Assembly: GCA_965223535.1 (NCBI GenBank)
Contig: CBDCWN010000002.1
Span: 59,721 to 123,720, forward strand
Direction of reading: 5' to 3'
DNA length: 64,000 bases
Source: Nitrospira sp.
GTDB lineage: Bacteria > Nitrospirota > Nitrospiria > Nitrospirales > Nitrospiraceae
Translations under genes and position numbers: made by a program
In this document: piece by piece, positions 49,976 through 62,179 of the stretch
Layout: every line of letters begins with the position of its first letter
Numbering within the stretch: the first letter of the stretch is position 1
The notes under the pieces: generated by a model
Seen by the model: the letters and a program-made list of their open reading frames with translations, nothing else
The model's database searches: none
Told to the model about the DNA's origin: nothing

Positions 49976-50992
49976 TCAGCTCTTCGCCGAAGCAGAACCA
50001 GCCGAAGCGGTATTCAGCAATTGCGTGCGGTCGGCTACTTCAAGCAGCGCCGTGGCTTGATAGGACGGGAGTCGGAAATATTCCGGGCGATTGGATACCT
50101 TCAGCGTGTAGTCATCTGTCTTTGGATTCTTGCCGAGGATATACGTCAGGGTATCGCCTGATTTCCGAGTGACGGTAACCGTGAATAATGGTTTCTCAAG
50201 CCCATAATCTTGACGGAGGTCCCGGCCTAGCACCCTGTCGAAGGTCAGATCGGCCACCAGCCGAGTCAATGTATCAACCGCATCGGGTTTGATCTCTAAA
50301 CGTCGGTCTCCTTTCAGTTCTCTGGCCTCCCAGGCGAGTGATGGGATAGCTGGGTGCGGCTGATCGTCCGTCTGTGTTCCATCTGAAGAAGGTGCGGGCT
50401 GTGTGGATTGTTCGAGTCGAAGTCCTGCGACCTCAAGGGCCTTGATCTCAGTTTTTGGAAACTGGAGGATCCTCTTGTCCTCCCACTCGGCCAGTTGCAT
50501 CGGCATCTCGTACGCCGCCAGCTCAAGCGAAAAAATGGCGTCCTCGCCGTCGGCACGGACGTAACTCCGGCGAGGCCCTGGTGAGGAACCTAGGTAGAGG
50601 ATAGCCAACGCCGTGTCGTTCTCGGCTAACGTGATGCGTCGCTCGAATGCCTCGCTGCTGACTTTAAATCGTGATTTGGCTCCGCTCGTCACGGCCATTG
50701 GCGAGCCGGGTTTCGAGCCCAATATCTTTGCCAGTAGCGTGTTTACGCGAGTCGAATCTGCAGGAAACTTTTCCAGTTCCGGCAGGAGCCAGGCCTCTTC
50801 TTCTTTGACGAGGACGACTTTGGATTGGTCTGGTCCTTCGAGCACTACACGGTTAATCTGGCTTTTCGCTACTTCAACCAGCGACGCTGCTCCGGGTTGC
50901 GCAGATGGCCAGAGCGTGGAGAAGTTGAGTCCCACGGCCATCACAATTTGAACTGCTAACAGCACTCCGAGCCATCTAATGGTCTTTGGCAT
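49976..50992 (-). CDS. DUF4340-domain protein
   Basis: N-terminal TM, W-x6-FPADSTRVNTLL and LYLG...SYVR pattern. Last gene of a Gld-type ABC operon. Confidence 0.75.
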   Translation of the reverse strand: MPKTIRWLGVLLAVQIVMAVGLNFSTLWPSAQPGAASLVEVAKSQINRVVLEGPDQSKVVLVKEEEAWLLPELEKFPADSTRVNTLLAKILGSKPGSPMAVTSGAKSRFKVSSEAFERRITLAENDTALAILYLGSSPGPRRSYVRADGEDAIFSLELAAYEMPMQLAEWEDKRILQFPKTEIKALEVAGLRLEQSTQPAPSSDGTQTDDQPHPAIPSLAWEARELKGDRRLEIKPDAVDTLTRLVADLTFDRVLGRDLRQDYGLEKPLFTVTVTRKSGDTLTYILGKNPKTDDYTLKVSNRPEYFRLPSYQATALLEVADRTQLLNTASAGSASAKS

Positions 50993-50995
50993 GAC

Positions 50996-53840
50996 TCACG
51001 CCTCCCTGAGCACATGCTGATACCGTCGTTGGTCTGTTATCGCGACGCGGCGACGCCAGATCCAGATCGCCAGCAGGCCGATCAACGCCAAACCATAATT
51101 CGCCGACTCCCAGAGTTGCTGGCGCCCATGTGGTAACGGATCAAGGGTACGAGCCAGCTGTGTGCGGCCCCGTAACGCTAACAGGCTGCGATCCTCCAAC
51201 GACCAATCGACCGCATTTTGGATAAACGCCAACGGTTTCGTGTAACGGGTGCTGAGTCCCTGAGAGACCAGTTCCGTCGCCATGTCGGACGCGAAGGTAT
51301 TGCTGGATACTAGGATCAGGCGTGCCGAATCGGGCGAATGGGTGATGATTCCCGTTCCTTGCACAGGAGGTTCGTTCTCCGTGCTGGCCGTGCCGTTCGT
51401 TGACGTGAGCGGTGATTCCTTCTCTTGGTAAAAAGAATCGAACTTCCCTTCAATGGCAACAGCCATTAGAGATCCGGCCTGTTCGTCGCCAACGGGGAAT
51501 CCGGTGTCGGGATAGGCTTGGTAGTCGGGAAGGATGTTCTGGCTTTCCGACGTCCAGCTCATGGCAGAGCTCCGCACGAGCTCTGTCACCGTTCGTTCTG
51601 TATTCTTCAGTGCATCAACCGTCACCGGTGAAGCCCAGTTGAGCGTCAATTGAACTAAGGAAGCCGTAATCGGAGAGTCTTGACTGAGCTCTTCGTTCCG
51701 CAGATCAGGAAAGTGTGGATAGGGGAGCATGCGGATCTCGCGCACGGTGATCCCCCCCAGGTGCCGTTCCACTGGAACCGGCAAGGCCGCGTTGTGCAGG
51801 TCGAGCACCATGGTCTCCTCAATCGTAATTCCATGGTGCGCCAACCATTCTTCAAGCCCAGAGGTCTTCTTGGTCGCCGTCAGGCTACCGGCAACCTGGA
51901 CATTGAAGGGGGAGGTCGTGACAACCACGCTGCCGCCCTGCATGAGGAACTGATCGATGGCGAAGCGTTGTTTGTCATCCAGTTGACCGGGTGCGAGTAC
52001 CAGAAGCAAATCGGCTTCAGCCGGTACTCGGCCATTCTTTAGGTCGGCTTCCTTGAGCCGGACATTTTCGGCAAGGGTTTTTTCCAATTCAGTGTATCGT
52101 AGACTCCCGGGTCCGGTTGGCTGAGGCTTCACAACCACCACGGTCTTGAGCACACCGGGCGCCAATCGCTGGAGGGCCGCCTCCACCGTGCGTGTGAGTT
52201 CCTCCTTACCCAGGGTCGTCGGGAGGGGCACTTGCACGACCTCGCCATCGGCTTCCAGAACCATGTAAAACCAGAATGGCTTGGGATCGAGGGGGCTGAC
52301 AATTTGGGGGCGAAATCCATACTTCTGCTGCAACTCCTCGGCGAGCTGACCACCCTCCGCGTCGGGATCCGCAAATCGTATGGTGAGCCGATCGCCCGCT
52401 TCCTTCCCAAGCTCGTTCAGCAAGACTTCCAAGTCGGTACGGAGTTCACGGAGAGCCTTCGGCAGTCGCTTCTCAGACGACATGTACCCGTGAAACGTCA
52501 CGGAGCGAGTCAAGTTATCAAACACATTCCCACCAGCCTGATAGGCACCTGCTACCTTGCGGATCGCGCGGGTAATCGCGTACTCAGGGTCTTTCAAGAC
52601 CACGTCTACATCGGCTTCGCTGTACGCTTTCACTTCGATGAGATCTTGAAAACCCAACCGTTCATATTGGTCCCCATAGGCGATCACCAGGTCAAAGTAG
52701 GAACTGACCACCGCCGCCTGGTAGCGATCCGCGGTCTGGAAGGGAACGGGGCGAACGCCATATCGGGACGCGGCCTCCTCTTCCGCGTCGCGGTCACGGG
52801 TGGGGTCGATGATCTCCACGCGAGCGTGGCCTCCGGAAGCGACGACATATTCCTGGAGCAGATCCTTGAGGCGCGGGACAAGTGGTGCCAACAATGGATG
52901 GGTTTTAGCCGAGAAATAGCCGCGAATGAGGAGTGGTTCTCGCAGTTGCGTGAGTTGCTGTTGCGTCGAGTGAGAAAGGGAATAGAGGTTCCCGTGGGTC
53001 ATGTCGATCCGCGCGTGCGTGATCGACCCAAGCCAGAGATTTCCCGCGATGAAGTTCGCCGCCGTCAGTCCGGCTACCCAAGCCCATTGGCGATGTCTCC
53101 GGCTGACCGGGTTCCCTGCCCATCGGATTTGTTCAAGCGAGAAGACGTTGAGCGTCAGGAAGACCCCGACGATCGAACCATAATAGTAGAGGTCCCGGAG
53201 GTCAAGGACACCTCGGCTGATCGATTCGAAGCGCGTGCCGGTGCTGAGCAGCGCAAGCCAGCTGCCGACCTCGTGCCCAAACAACGTGGTGATGGTCTCT
53301 GCGCCGATCAGGTAGAACAATCCGCAGACGACGGAGGTGAGAATCAACGCGACGATCGAGTTATCGGTGCGGACGCTCATGTACAGCCCGATCGCTACAT
53401 AGGCGGCCGCGAGGAACAGTGTGGCCACATACCCGCCGATCACCGGTCCCCAATCCAGAGGGCCGAGCAGTGCCACCGTCACCGGGAGGGGTAGCGTCAA
53501 GAGCAGCGCGATGGAGACCAATAGTAAGGAGGCACAGAACTTTCCTAAGACCAGTTCAAGTGGACGCACTGGGGCGGTCAGGAGGCTTTCGAGGGTGCCA
53601 CCAACCCGTTCCTCAGCCCAACTGCGCATGGTCAAGGCCGCCACGAGGAAAATCAGCAACAGCGGGAGCCATTCAAACAAGGGACGCACGTCTGCGATGT
53701 TGCGGGCGAAGAACGTCTCCAACCAAAAGAACATGAAGAGGACCAGCGTCAGGAAGGCGCCGACGAACAGATAGGCTGCCGGCGTCGAAAAGAAGCCGCG
53801 GAATTCCTTCTTCGTTACGCGGTGGATGATAGGGAGGAAT

Positions 53841-53848
<8 letters not shown>
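50996..53848 (-). CDS. GldF-GldG-like fused ABC permease / accessory protein (950 aa)
   Basis: KEFRGFFSTPAAY, RSWAEERVGGTLESLL, RGVLDLRDLYY, DMTHGNLYSLS and IDQFLMQGG. Confidence 0.82.
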
Positions 53849-54755
<907 letters not shown>

Positions 54756-54785
54756 GCAACCTCTCCAATCTAGTGATGCTTTCTG

Positions 54786-56270
54786 TCACTGTTCCCCGCT
54801 GATTGACAAGAAAATGGTGCTGTTCCCCCTTTTCACCAACAGCAAGACACGTGACCGTGGAGCAAGCTGGCTTGTCAGACGCTCGAAATCTTTCACGTCT
54901 TTGACCGGCTTCCGGTTGATTTCATGGATGACGTCCCCTTTCTGCAGTCCTGCTCGTTCGGCCGAGCTCTCAGGTTCAATATCCGTCACCACGACGCCGG
55001 AGGACGCCTTTGAGCGACCAGACTGACGAGCATTTTCCACGGTCAGGCCCGCGAGCGCATGGTCCCCCTTTCCGCTGCCGTCGCGGCTCGCCTTGGCCAA
55101 TTCCTTGGGTAGCTCCCCGATGGTGATGGTGAGATCCAAGGGCTTCTTGTCGCGCAAGACAGACAGGTGTACTGTCGTCCCAGGCGGAGTCTCGGCCACC
55201 AACCCACGGAGGTGATTCGAGTCTCGCACGGGGACTCCGTTATACGCCGTCATGATGTCGCCCCGCTCGAGCTTGGCTTTCGACGCTGGACTATCTTCCA
55301 GGACATCACCCACGAGCGCCCCTGTGTTCTCGGTTGCGCCGAATTCCTTTGCGAGGTCTGGCGTGACATCCTGAATCGATACGCCGAGCCATCCACGGAT
55401 GACCTTGCCGTGCGTGATCAGGCTCTGCATCACGCTCTTGGCCATGTTGCTCGGAATGGCGAAGCCAATACCCATGTAGCCGCCGCTCCTAGAGAAGATC
55501 GCGGTATTAATCCCGATCAATTCCCCCTTGAGGTTCACCAAGGCGCCGCCGGAATTGCCGGGATTGATGGCGGCGTCAGTTTGGATAAAGTCTTCATAGT
55601 CCACGATCCCGACATTGGCGCGGCCGATCGCACTGATAATCCCCATCGTCACGGTCTGGTTCAACCCGAAGGGATTGCCCACCGCCAGGACCATTTCTCC
55701 CACCTGCAGCTGACTCGCATCCCCCCACGGAAGGACGGGGAGATTGGAGGCCTCGATCTTGACCACCGCCACATCGGTTTTGGGGTCTGTCCCGATCACC
55801 GTGGCTTTGAACGTTCGTTTATCCGGTAAGGAGACGTTTAGTTCATCGGCCCCTTCGACGACGTGATTGTTGGTGATGATGTAGCCATCCGATGTCACAA
55901 TCACACCCGACCCCAAGCCCTGCTGCTGAAACTCGCGTGGAGACGGCATTCGACGCTTGAATTCCTCACCAAAGAACCGGCGGAAGAAGGGGTCATCGAA
56001 GAAAGGATTTTGGAAACTCTGGCCCTCCTGCTTGGTTTTCCTGACGGACGAGACGTTGACGACAGACGCTTTGGCGAGTTTGGCGATTGGCACCAAGAGC
56101 TGTCCGGGCAGTGCCTCTTCCGCTGTGGGGGCGTTCGTGAGCTGAGACGGGGCCGTTGACGATGGAGACGCCGCCGCAGTCGAAAACAACGAGAACACAT
56201 TCGGACTGGAGACGAACAGTGTTCCTCCACACAACAAGGCAATTGCACCACGCCAGTGTAGTATCTTCAT
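54786..56270 (-). CDS. degP: HtrA/DegP (Do-type) serine protease with two PDZ domains
   Basis: Catalytic triad TNNHVV, PKTDVAV and GNSGG. Close paralog of 46378-47886. Confidence 0.95.
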   Translation of the reverse strand: MKILHWRGAIALLCGGTLFVSSPNVFSLFSTAAASPSSTAPSQLTNAPTAEEALPGQLLVPIAKLAKASVVNVSSVRKTKQEGQSFQNPFFDDPFFRRFFGEEFKRRMPSPREFQQQGLGSGVIVTSDGYIITNNHVVEGADELNVSLPDKRTFKATVIGTDPKTDVAVVKIEASNLPVLPWGDASQLQVGEMVLAVGNPFGLNQTVTMGIISAIGRANVGIVDYEDFIQTDAAINPGNSGGALVNLKGELIGINTAIFSRSGGYMGIGFAIPSNMAKSVMQSLITHGKVIRGWLGVSIQDVTPDLAKEFGATENTGALVGDVLEDSPASKAKLERGDIMTAYNGVPVRDSNHLRGLVAETPPGTTVHLSVLRDKKPLDLTITIGELPKELAKASRDGSGKGDHALAGLTVENARQSGRSKASSGVVVTDIEPESSAERAGLQKGDVIHEINRKPVKDVKDFERLTSQLAPRSRVLLLVKRGNSTIFLSISGEQ

Positions 56271-56436
56271 GATTGTTTCCCTATCCTTAGCCTATGTCGA
56301 CGCACACTACTAAATCCTTCCGGCACTCGGCGTTGATAGTTCATGGTCGTTCACGGACGACATGTAAAGAGCACCATCGCGAGCGGCCTGCTTATCACAA
56401 GCCGCTCGCGGTAACGAACCGACAGTCTGTGCACGA

Positions 56437-56613
56437 TTAGGCCGCTTCTGGGAGCGACCCGAGATCGGCCTGATGGGATTGTGTAGGGACCGCTGATCCG
56501 GAGATGGACACGGTGCTAGATTCGGTGGACAACGTCCACAGCCCCATCAGCAGCACCACCATCGCACCCCCTATCACGAGTCCGGCATACATGACCGCAC
56601 TCCAATCCATCAT
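56437..56613 (-). CDS. 58-aa single-TM microprotein (paralog of 16270-16446)
   Basis: MMDWSAVMYAGLVIGGAMVVLLMG...LPEAA with the same GGAGGTGAACACG-ATGATGGA context. Confidence 0.7.
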   Translation of the reverse strand: MMDWSAVMYAGLVIGGAMVVLLMGLWTLSTESSTVSISGSAVPTQSHQADLGSLPEAA

Positions 56614-57030
56614 CGTGTTCACCTCCTTTCATCTTGCGACGGACAACACATATGCGTGTAGTTTCAGAACAGGTTGTGCGCCAGGGAGCTCGTGCACGGT
56701 TTGATCGAACGGTCGTCATCCTCTCACGCACGGCCTCCTCGCTGTCTCCGCAAAAACCAGGTACGCCTCCCCGAAACTCCCTGTACGTGACGCCCTTTCT
56801 GTGGTTGGTCTTGTTCTCGGTCCTCGGCACGCCATCGTCTGAACAGCTTGCCTTATCTCCTGTTCTCCTCGTTCACCTTCGTCACATGCCTGCGCTCTAT
56901 CCACTATTTTGAGGACCTGATCCTTCGACTCCTGTCGCGTAACCCCGGGGATGCGAGGGAGCCGCACCGCATGAGAACACTCGTGCGGCTTCCCTCGCTT
57001 GGACCACACTGGAGGAAGTTGAGCGACTAT

Positions 57031-57468
57031 TTAAGCTTCTTCGATCAAGATGCGTCGACACTTGGCCTCTTCCCGTTTCGGGAAGGTAATCGTTAAAAGG
57101 CCATGCTTGTGAGTCGCAGACGCCTTGTCTTGTTCGACAAAAGACGGTAACCGGAAGCGCCGTGTGAATTGTCCACCCGCAATCTCGTGGAGGTGGAATT
57201 TCACAGGATTGGTAGGCTCAGCACTCTGCTCACCCTTGACGGTGAGGATACGGTTATCGACCTCCAGACTGATGTTCTTGGGCTCCCATCCGGGCAGTGC
57301 CATCTGCACATAGAACCCATTGTCATCTTCCCAGGCATTCGCGGCTGGAGCCCAGGCCTGATCAGCGACATCAAAGGTTCGTACCGCGTCATGAAGCAGC
57401 CGATCAATCTGACGATCGAACGCATCGGTTTGGATGGCTGACACGACATTTGGCAAGTAGGTGCTCAT
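57031..57468 (-). CDS. Small heat shock protein (Hsp20)
   Basis: WAPAANAWED...QFTRRFRLP...HKHGLLTITFPK. SD GGAGG. Confidence 0.93.
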   Translation of the reverse strand: MSTYLPNVVSAIQTDAFDRQIDRLLHDAVRTFDVADQAWAPAANAWEDDNGFYVQMALPGWEPKNISLEVDNRILTVKGEQSAEPTNPVKFHLHEIAGGQFTRRFRLPSFVEQDKASATHKHGLLTITFPKREEAKCRRILIEEA

Positions 57469-58361
57469 AACACTCCCTCCTCCTCTCTGCGAGAGGTCTG
57501 GTTATGGGTTAAGAGTTAACTTAGTGGATGGTGAGTAGGCTAAACCGGGGGTTGGGGCAATCGATGCCGCCAGTACTCCGCCAGTGTTGGGCCTTACACC
57601 AATCCATCTGGTCAAGTATCAGCAACAGTTTGAAGATAAATACTCGCAATGAGAAGTCAAGAGGGGTCGTTCGATAACCCAGGATTCAATAAATATAGCT
57701 CTGGCTGTGGATCCGTGGAGAATGGTCCGTAGCTAACGGGGCGGGTATCCCGCCAGGCCCGGCCTACGAGTGTTTGTGTGTCGCCTGGTTGTCCAGGCTC
57801 GGATGTCTTTGCAGGGTGGTGGGCAGGCGGCGATCGACCTGCCACAGGAACGTCCAACGCTTCTCAGGACGATGGCAGGTTGGTGCCACGTAAGATCTCT
57901 CCCCTAATCACTTGAAGAGCTGACTCACCCACATAGAAGGCTAACGCCTTCTTGGGCGGATTCATGTATAACTCGACCACCTTCCGACCTTCTTCACAAA
58001 GAAAGGATAGGAAGACAGCTTGAAGGTCCGCCCACAATGCACCTGGACCTTCAAAATGGACAGATCCAGCTGCACCGTGCTGTGCCGGACTTTAAAGGAT
58101 ACCCGTCTCATGTGTGACCTCCCAACGCACGAGAGTATGCGGCAGATCGTGGCCGGGTACGCAGTGGTGTGGTTCGCACGCCGGGCATCGGCGCGCATTG
58201 GCCGTATGGGAGTCGTCTACCGCCCAAATAGCACCGAGGCACCTCCTTGATGAGAAGCCTGCACCAGCAAAGTACAAACGTTTAGGTACTTTATTGCGGT
58301 TACTCTTGGGGCACCATACAAGGAAACCTCGGATGTTCGTCGAAGCGGGTCCATAAACAGG

Positions 58362-59513
58362 TTAAGTGCCCGGTTGCAGTTCCACTCGTACTTCGCGGGT
58401 TGTGCCTTTTCGTTCAACGGTCAAACGGACGATGTCGCCAACACGATGATCGTCGATCCGTGCCAAGAGGCCAGGAACGCCGTCGATCGACGTGCCGTCG
58501 ATGGCCGTGATCAGGTCCCCAGGGGTAATACGTTGCGAGGCAATGGTGATGCCGACCAATCCTGCCCTTTGAGCGGTGGACCCGGGTTGCACCCGCAGCA
58601 CGAAGACGCCTTGGTGCCCGGTCACCATCTGCAGTCGCTGATTCAGTTGCTCGTCCACCTCAATGCCTAAGGCAGGGCGGATGTACCGGCCAGATTTGAC
58701 GAGCTGGGGGACGACACGCATGACCGTGTCGACTGGTACCGCGAAACCAATGCCTGCCGAGGCTCCGGAAGGACTGTAGATGGCCGTGTTAATCCCGATC
58801 AGTCGTCCCGCCGAATCTAGCAGGGGGCCGCCGGAGTTGCCAGGATTGATGGCAGCATCGGTCTGAATCAGATGCTCGATCGTCGGACCAGCGGCGTCAC
58901 TGGCCAGGGAACGGTCGAGCGCCGAGATAATTCCTGTGGTCAGCGTCCAGTCCAGTCCAAACGGGTTGCCGATGACGAAAACCTTCTGGCCAGCCTTGAG
59001 GTCAGCGCTGGTGCCGATGGGGACTGCCGGCGGCCGCTTGAAGCCGACACCGATCTTGAGCACGGCGATATCGTGCGCTGGGCTTGTGCCAACGAGGGCG
59101 GCTTGATAGTCACGGCCATCGGTGAGCTTCACTATCGCCTGCGAGGCGTCCTGGATGACATGGAAATTGGTGACGACATGTCCCGCCTCATCCCATATGA
59201 ACCCGGAACCGGTCCCACGCGGCACCGAAAACACATTGCGTGTCCACACATCCCGCACAAGCTTGACCGTCGAAATATATACGACCGAATCGCGGGATTT
59301 CTCGAAGAGTTCGATGGTCGCGCGCTCGTCGGCGGCCAAGTCGCCGCGCGGCGTGACCGTTCTCTCGACGGCCTGCCGAGGGCTGAACCAGGCTTCGATG
59401 GCGGGCAGGAACCGCCAAAACAGCATGAGTGCCGCGACGGAGGCGGTGATAATGAGCCAGCGAGTCACAAACCGGTCAGACGCTACGTGACCGTAGGGAT
59501 CGTGGGCAGTCAT
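58362..59513 (-). CDS. degP: Membrane-anchored HtrA protease with one PDZ (tLST DegP-like)
   Basis: N-terminal TM, GTGSGFIWD, TNFHVI, HDIAVL and GNSGG. ATG at 59513. Confidence 0.92.
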   Translation of the reverse strand: MTAHDPYGHVASDRFVTRWLIITASVAALMLFWRFLPAIEAWFSPRQAVERTVTPRGDLAADERATIELFEKSRDSVVYISTVKLVRDVWTRNVFSVPRGTGSGFIWDEAGHVVTNFHVIQDASQAIVKLTDGRDYQAALVGTSPAHDIAVLKIGVGFKRPPAVPIGTSADLKAGQKVFVIGNPFGLDWTLTTGIISALDRSLASDAAGPTIEHLIQTDAAINPGNSGGPLLDSAGRLIGINTAIYSPSGASAGIGFAVPVDTVMRVVPQLVKSGRYIRPALGIEVDEQLNQRLQMVTGHQGVFVLRVQPGSTAQRAGLVGITIASQRITPGDLITAIDGTSIDGVPGLLARIDDHRVGDIVRLTVERKGTTREVRVELQPGT

Positions 59514-59638
59514 GGCAAGTCTCCGCGGTGAAAATTCAGTCCCAGAAACGGTTGTATTCGGGTGGAGAGCGGATCTCCGTGACGAGTTTCGAGGCAACAT
59601 AGCACCATTGGATGCGCAGTACCACGGCGTGCGGGGGA

Positions 59639-59713
59639 CGCGAGTTCAAGCAGTTGGGCGATGCGATCCAGCGTGACTCGATGGATGCGTAACCCAGACG
59701 GTTCTGGATTTCG
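59639..59713 (-). pseudogene. Relic of an HtpX-like (M48) Zn protease C-terminus
   Basis: Reads *RNPEPSGLRIHRVTLDRIAQLLELA, resembling (from memory) WGNPEPSWLRTHP..ERI.RLL. Directly upstream of the tLST-like degP. Confidence 0.45.
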
Positions 59714-59908
59714 TCAGCTTGCCCGCTTCGTAGTTCACCCATTGGAACTTTGGTACTATCAGTTTCCTGAGGGACACTGTCCATACCATCATCATTTGCT
59801 TGCAGCCTGAGACCCAAGGCCATATTTTCGGCATGGTGCTGCGTTTGAACCGGTATCCGGTTCTACACGTTCCTGTGTCGGTCGGGAATAGCGGGCGCCT
59901 TCTCACCG

Positions 59909-61003
59909 CTAGATCTGCGTCACCGCCTCCTCCGCCCCTTCCAGCAGCTTCTGCACTTCTTCCACATAGATCTCCGTCGTCGCATAATGCTGATGCCGCA
60001 TCATCTTCTGAACTCTCGTTGGATTGGCATCATTGAGCAAGGCAAAGGTGGGAGTGGAATGGCGGAGGCTGTGCACGACAATCCCCGGCTTCTTCACGCC
60101 CGCCAAGAGTAGGCCTTCCGTGATGATGCGATGAATCGCCCGCGTTGAAAGCTTCAGACCGGCTGGCGTGACCACATTCCCGCCCCGATCATGACAGGCC
60201 GTGGTCGCAAACAGTGGATCACTCCCCTGCACCGGCCCCGGCCTCAATGAGAGAGACTCCTGGATCTTGTCATAGACTTCCTTCAGCACCTGCACCGACT
60301 CATCCGCTGCCGACCTCCCCTTCCCATGCACCCACAACCGCCACTTCTCTCCCGGCACATGTTCCTGTAAGTGTTCAATCCTTGCCCGACTCACCTCAAT
60401 CGTACGGAGCCCCGTCTTCAGCATCAGATAGGCCATCGCGACATTCCGTGCGCGTTGGACCTCCGACTTCCGCGGATCCGTCTCCAGTGCCGCGAGCAAC
60501 TTCTTTGCATCCTCCACCGGCAGATGCCGCCGCGTATGCGTGCGACTGTGCCGCCAGCCCTTCACGAATTCCGCCGCGTTCACCAAGCCGGGATGATATT
60601 GCCTGAGAAACATCAGAAAGTGGCGGACCGCGGTGAGATAGCCGTTCTTCGTCCGGGGATTCGTAAACTTCTGATCGAGATAGTGGCGATAGGCCTCGAC
60701 ACAGGCGCGGTCGAGCCGCCGGAGGTCCGGCGGTCTCCCCTGCTCGAGCCAGGTCACGAAGGCGCGGCCTCGTTTGCGATAGGTGGCGACTGTCGCCGCC
60801 GAGGGGGTGCGCTGGGCGAGTTGCCGGGTCCACTCCTCGAGATAGACCCGCAACCCGATCAGCGTGGAGGACGAGAGGGCGAGACAGACCGGCGGCAGCT
60901 CCCCGTCTGCCCGGCGGAGCGCGGACGTGGCCAGCGGGACCAAGGACGTTTCATCGTGCGGCTTCTGAGGCAGTGGGTCACGGATGGCTGGCACGAGATC
61001 CAT
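59909..61003 (-). CDS. Tyrosine recombinase (XerC/D-like resolvase/integrase)
   Basis: Catalytic set KTGLR, HGKG, HSLRH, MRHQ and TEIY, with an N-terminal SAM-like domain. Confidence 0.93.
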   Translation of the reverse strand: MDLVPAIRDPLPQKPHDETSLVPLATSALRRADGELPPVCLALSSSTLIGLRVYLEEWTRQLAQRTPSAATVATYRKRGRAFVTWLEQGRPPDLRRLDRACVEAYRHYLDQKFTNPRTKNGYLTAVRHFLMFLRQYHPGLVNAAEFVKGWRHSRTHTRRHLPVEDAKKLLAALETDPRKSEVQRARNVAMAYLMLKTGLRTIEVSRARIEHLQEHVPGEKWRLWVHGKGRSAADESVQVLKEVYDKIQESLSLRPGPVQGSDPLFATTACHDRGGNVVTPAGLKLSTRAIHRIITEGLLLAGVKKPGIVVHSLRHSTPTFALLNDANPTRVQKMMRHQHYATTEIYVEEVQKLLEGAEEAVTQI

Positions 61004-61493
61004 AGGTGCACGGTCCTCCTAGAACATCACAGGCAGCGAAGTCTCAACAGGGACCGACGACGGCCAGGGTACATGCTCCATATATATGGAGATATTGGTT
61101 ATCGGTCCCGCCATGTTGCTGAGGGGGGCGTCCGGGCGTCCTCCATCTTTATAGATGGATGGAAGCGGAGAAATCCGCGCCCAGTTCTCTCGGTGAGCCC
61201 CCCTACTCGGTCTTCCCCGCCCTCTGCCTATATATAAATGGTGGATTGTCTCCCCGGCGGACCCGTCCGACCCACCAGGAGTCGATTCCCTCTTAACCCG
61301 ATTTCCTCGGTCTCTCCCCGGTCCCGCCCAACCCTATCCCCTCCCTCATCCGAAGTCAAGGCATCCGAGAAGGGCGCCATCCCGGATCCTAAGATTATCT
61401 GACGCTGCCCGATGCAGTATATCTATAAGTAATTGACATGATACTTAGAGGTATGATACGTGATCTATCTGAGTCTTGATTTTTGAGGTCTCG

Positions 61494-62177
61494 ATGGATA
61501 CTGGAAAATCTTCAGAAGTCTTTGATGAAGAAGCACTTGCGCGAGAGTTTGAACAACCGGAATCTGTGACTCAAACTACCTCGGCGGCGTCACCTCAAGG
61601 ACTCGATTTCAATCCCGCACGTTTTGCAGAGTTGGTCTGTCATACCCTCGACCATCCTGATTTTCGTGCCCTCCCTTCCCATCAGCAGATCCTCTACTTA
61701 CAGTTTCTTCGGCACAGCCACGGGTGTGGCACCAGCCGGATCAAGGCGTCGATCTCCGATATCGCGCAATGGGCCGGTACCCGCGGAAAGAATGCGCTCC
61801 GTACCAGACAGCAACTAGTTACGGCAGGCTTACTCAAAATCACGGTTCGCCCCCGTCAATTTCTTAAAGGTCAATTTGAAGTGCGACTCTTTCCGCGGCA
61901 GACTCGCCCCCATATCTCTCCCGACACCATGATCCATCGCTTTCACCAATTCACGGCGAAGGATCTTGAAATCCTCGATTCCCAAATTCGAACAGCTGAT
62001 CCTGAAGTGCGCGAAGCGTTACTCGCCGATACACAACAACTTCTAGCCGACATGAAGAGAGGAGGTTTTGAGATTCCACCTGAAACAGAAACAAAGATCT
62101 ATAAGTATTTAGCCTTCGTACGTCTAACTGGACGTTGGAGAATTACCTCGCTCTTCAAGGATTGGGACTGTATTTAG
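61494..62177 (+). CDS. Winged-HTH protein, candidate replication initiator
   Basis: LPSHQQILYLQFLR...ASISDIAQWAG...RQQLVTAGLLKI resembles the wHTH of Rep/DnaD-like proteins. Lies between the recombinase and the AT-rich region/parA. Confidence 0.5.
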   Translation: MDTGKSSEVFDEEALAREFEQPESVTQTTSAASPQGLDFNPARFAELVCHTLDHPDFRALPSHQQILYLQFLRHSHGCGTSRIKASISDIAQWAGTRGKNALRTRQQLVTAGLLKITVRPRQFLKGQFEVRLFPRQTRPHISPDTMIHRFHQFTAKDLEILDSQIRTADPEVREALLADTQQLLADMKRGGFEIPPETETKIYKYLAFVRLTGRWRITSLFKDWDCI

Positions 62178-62179
62178 TC

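Noticed and set aside
57900-58360. ORFs 58020-58250 and 57962-58198 and the hairpin AGAAGGC-TAAC-GCCTTCT
   Set aside because: Overlapping alternatives without clear SD or motif, and the hairpin lacks a U-tract.
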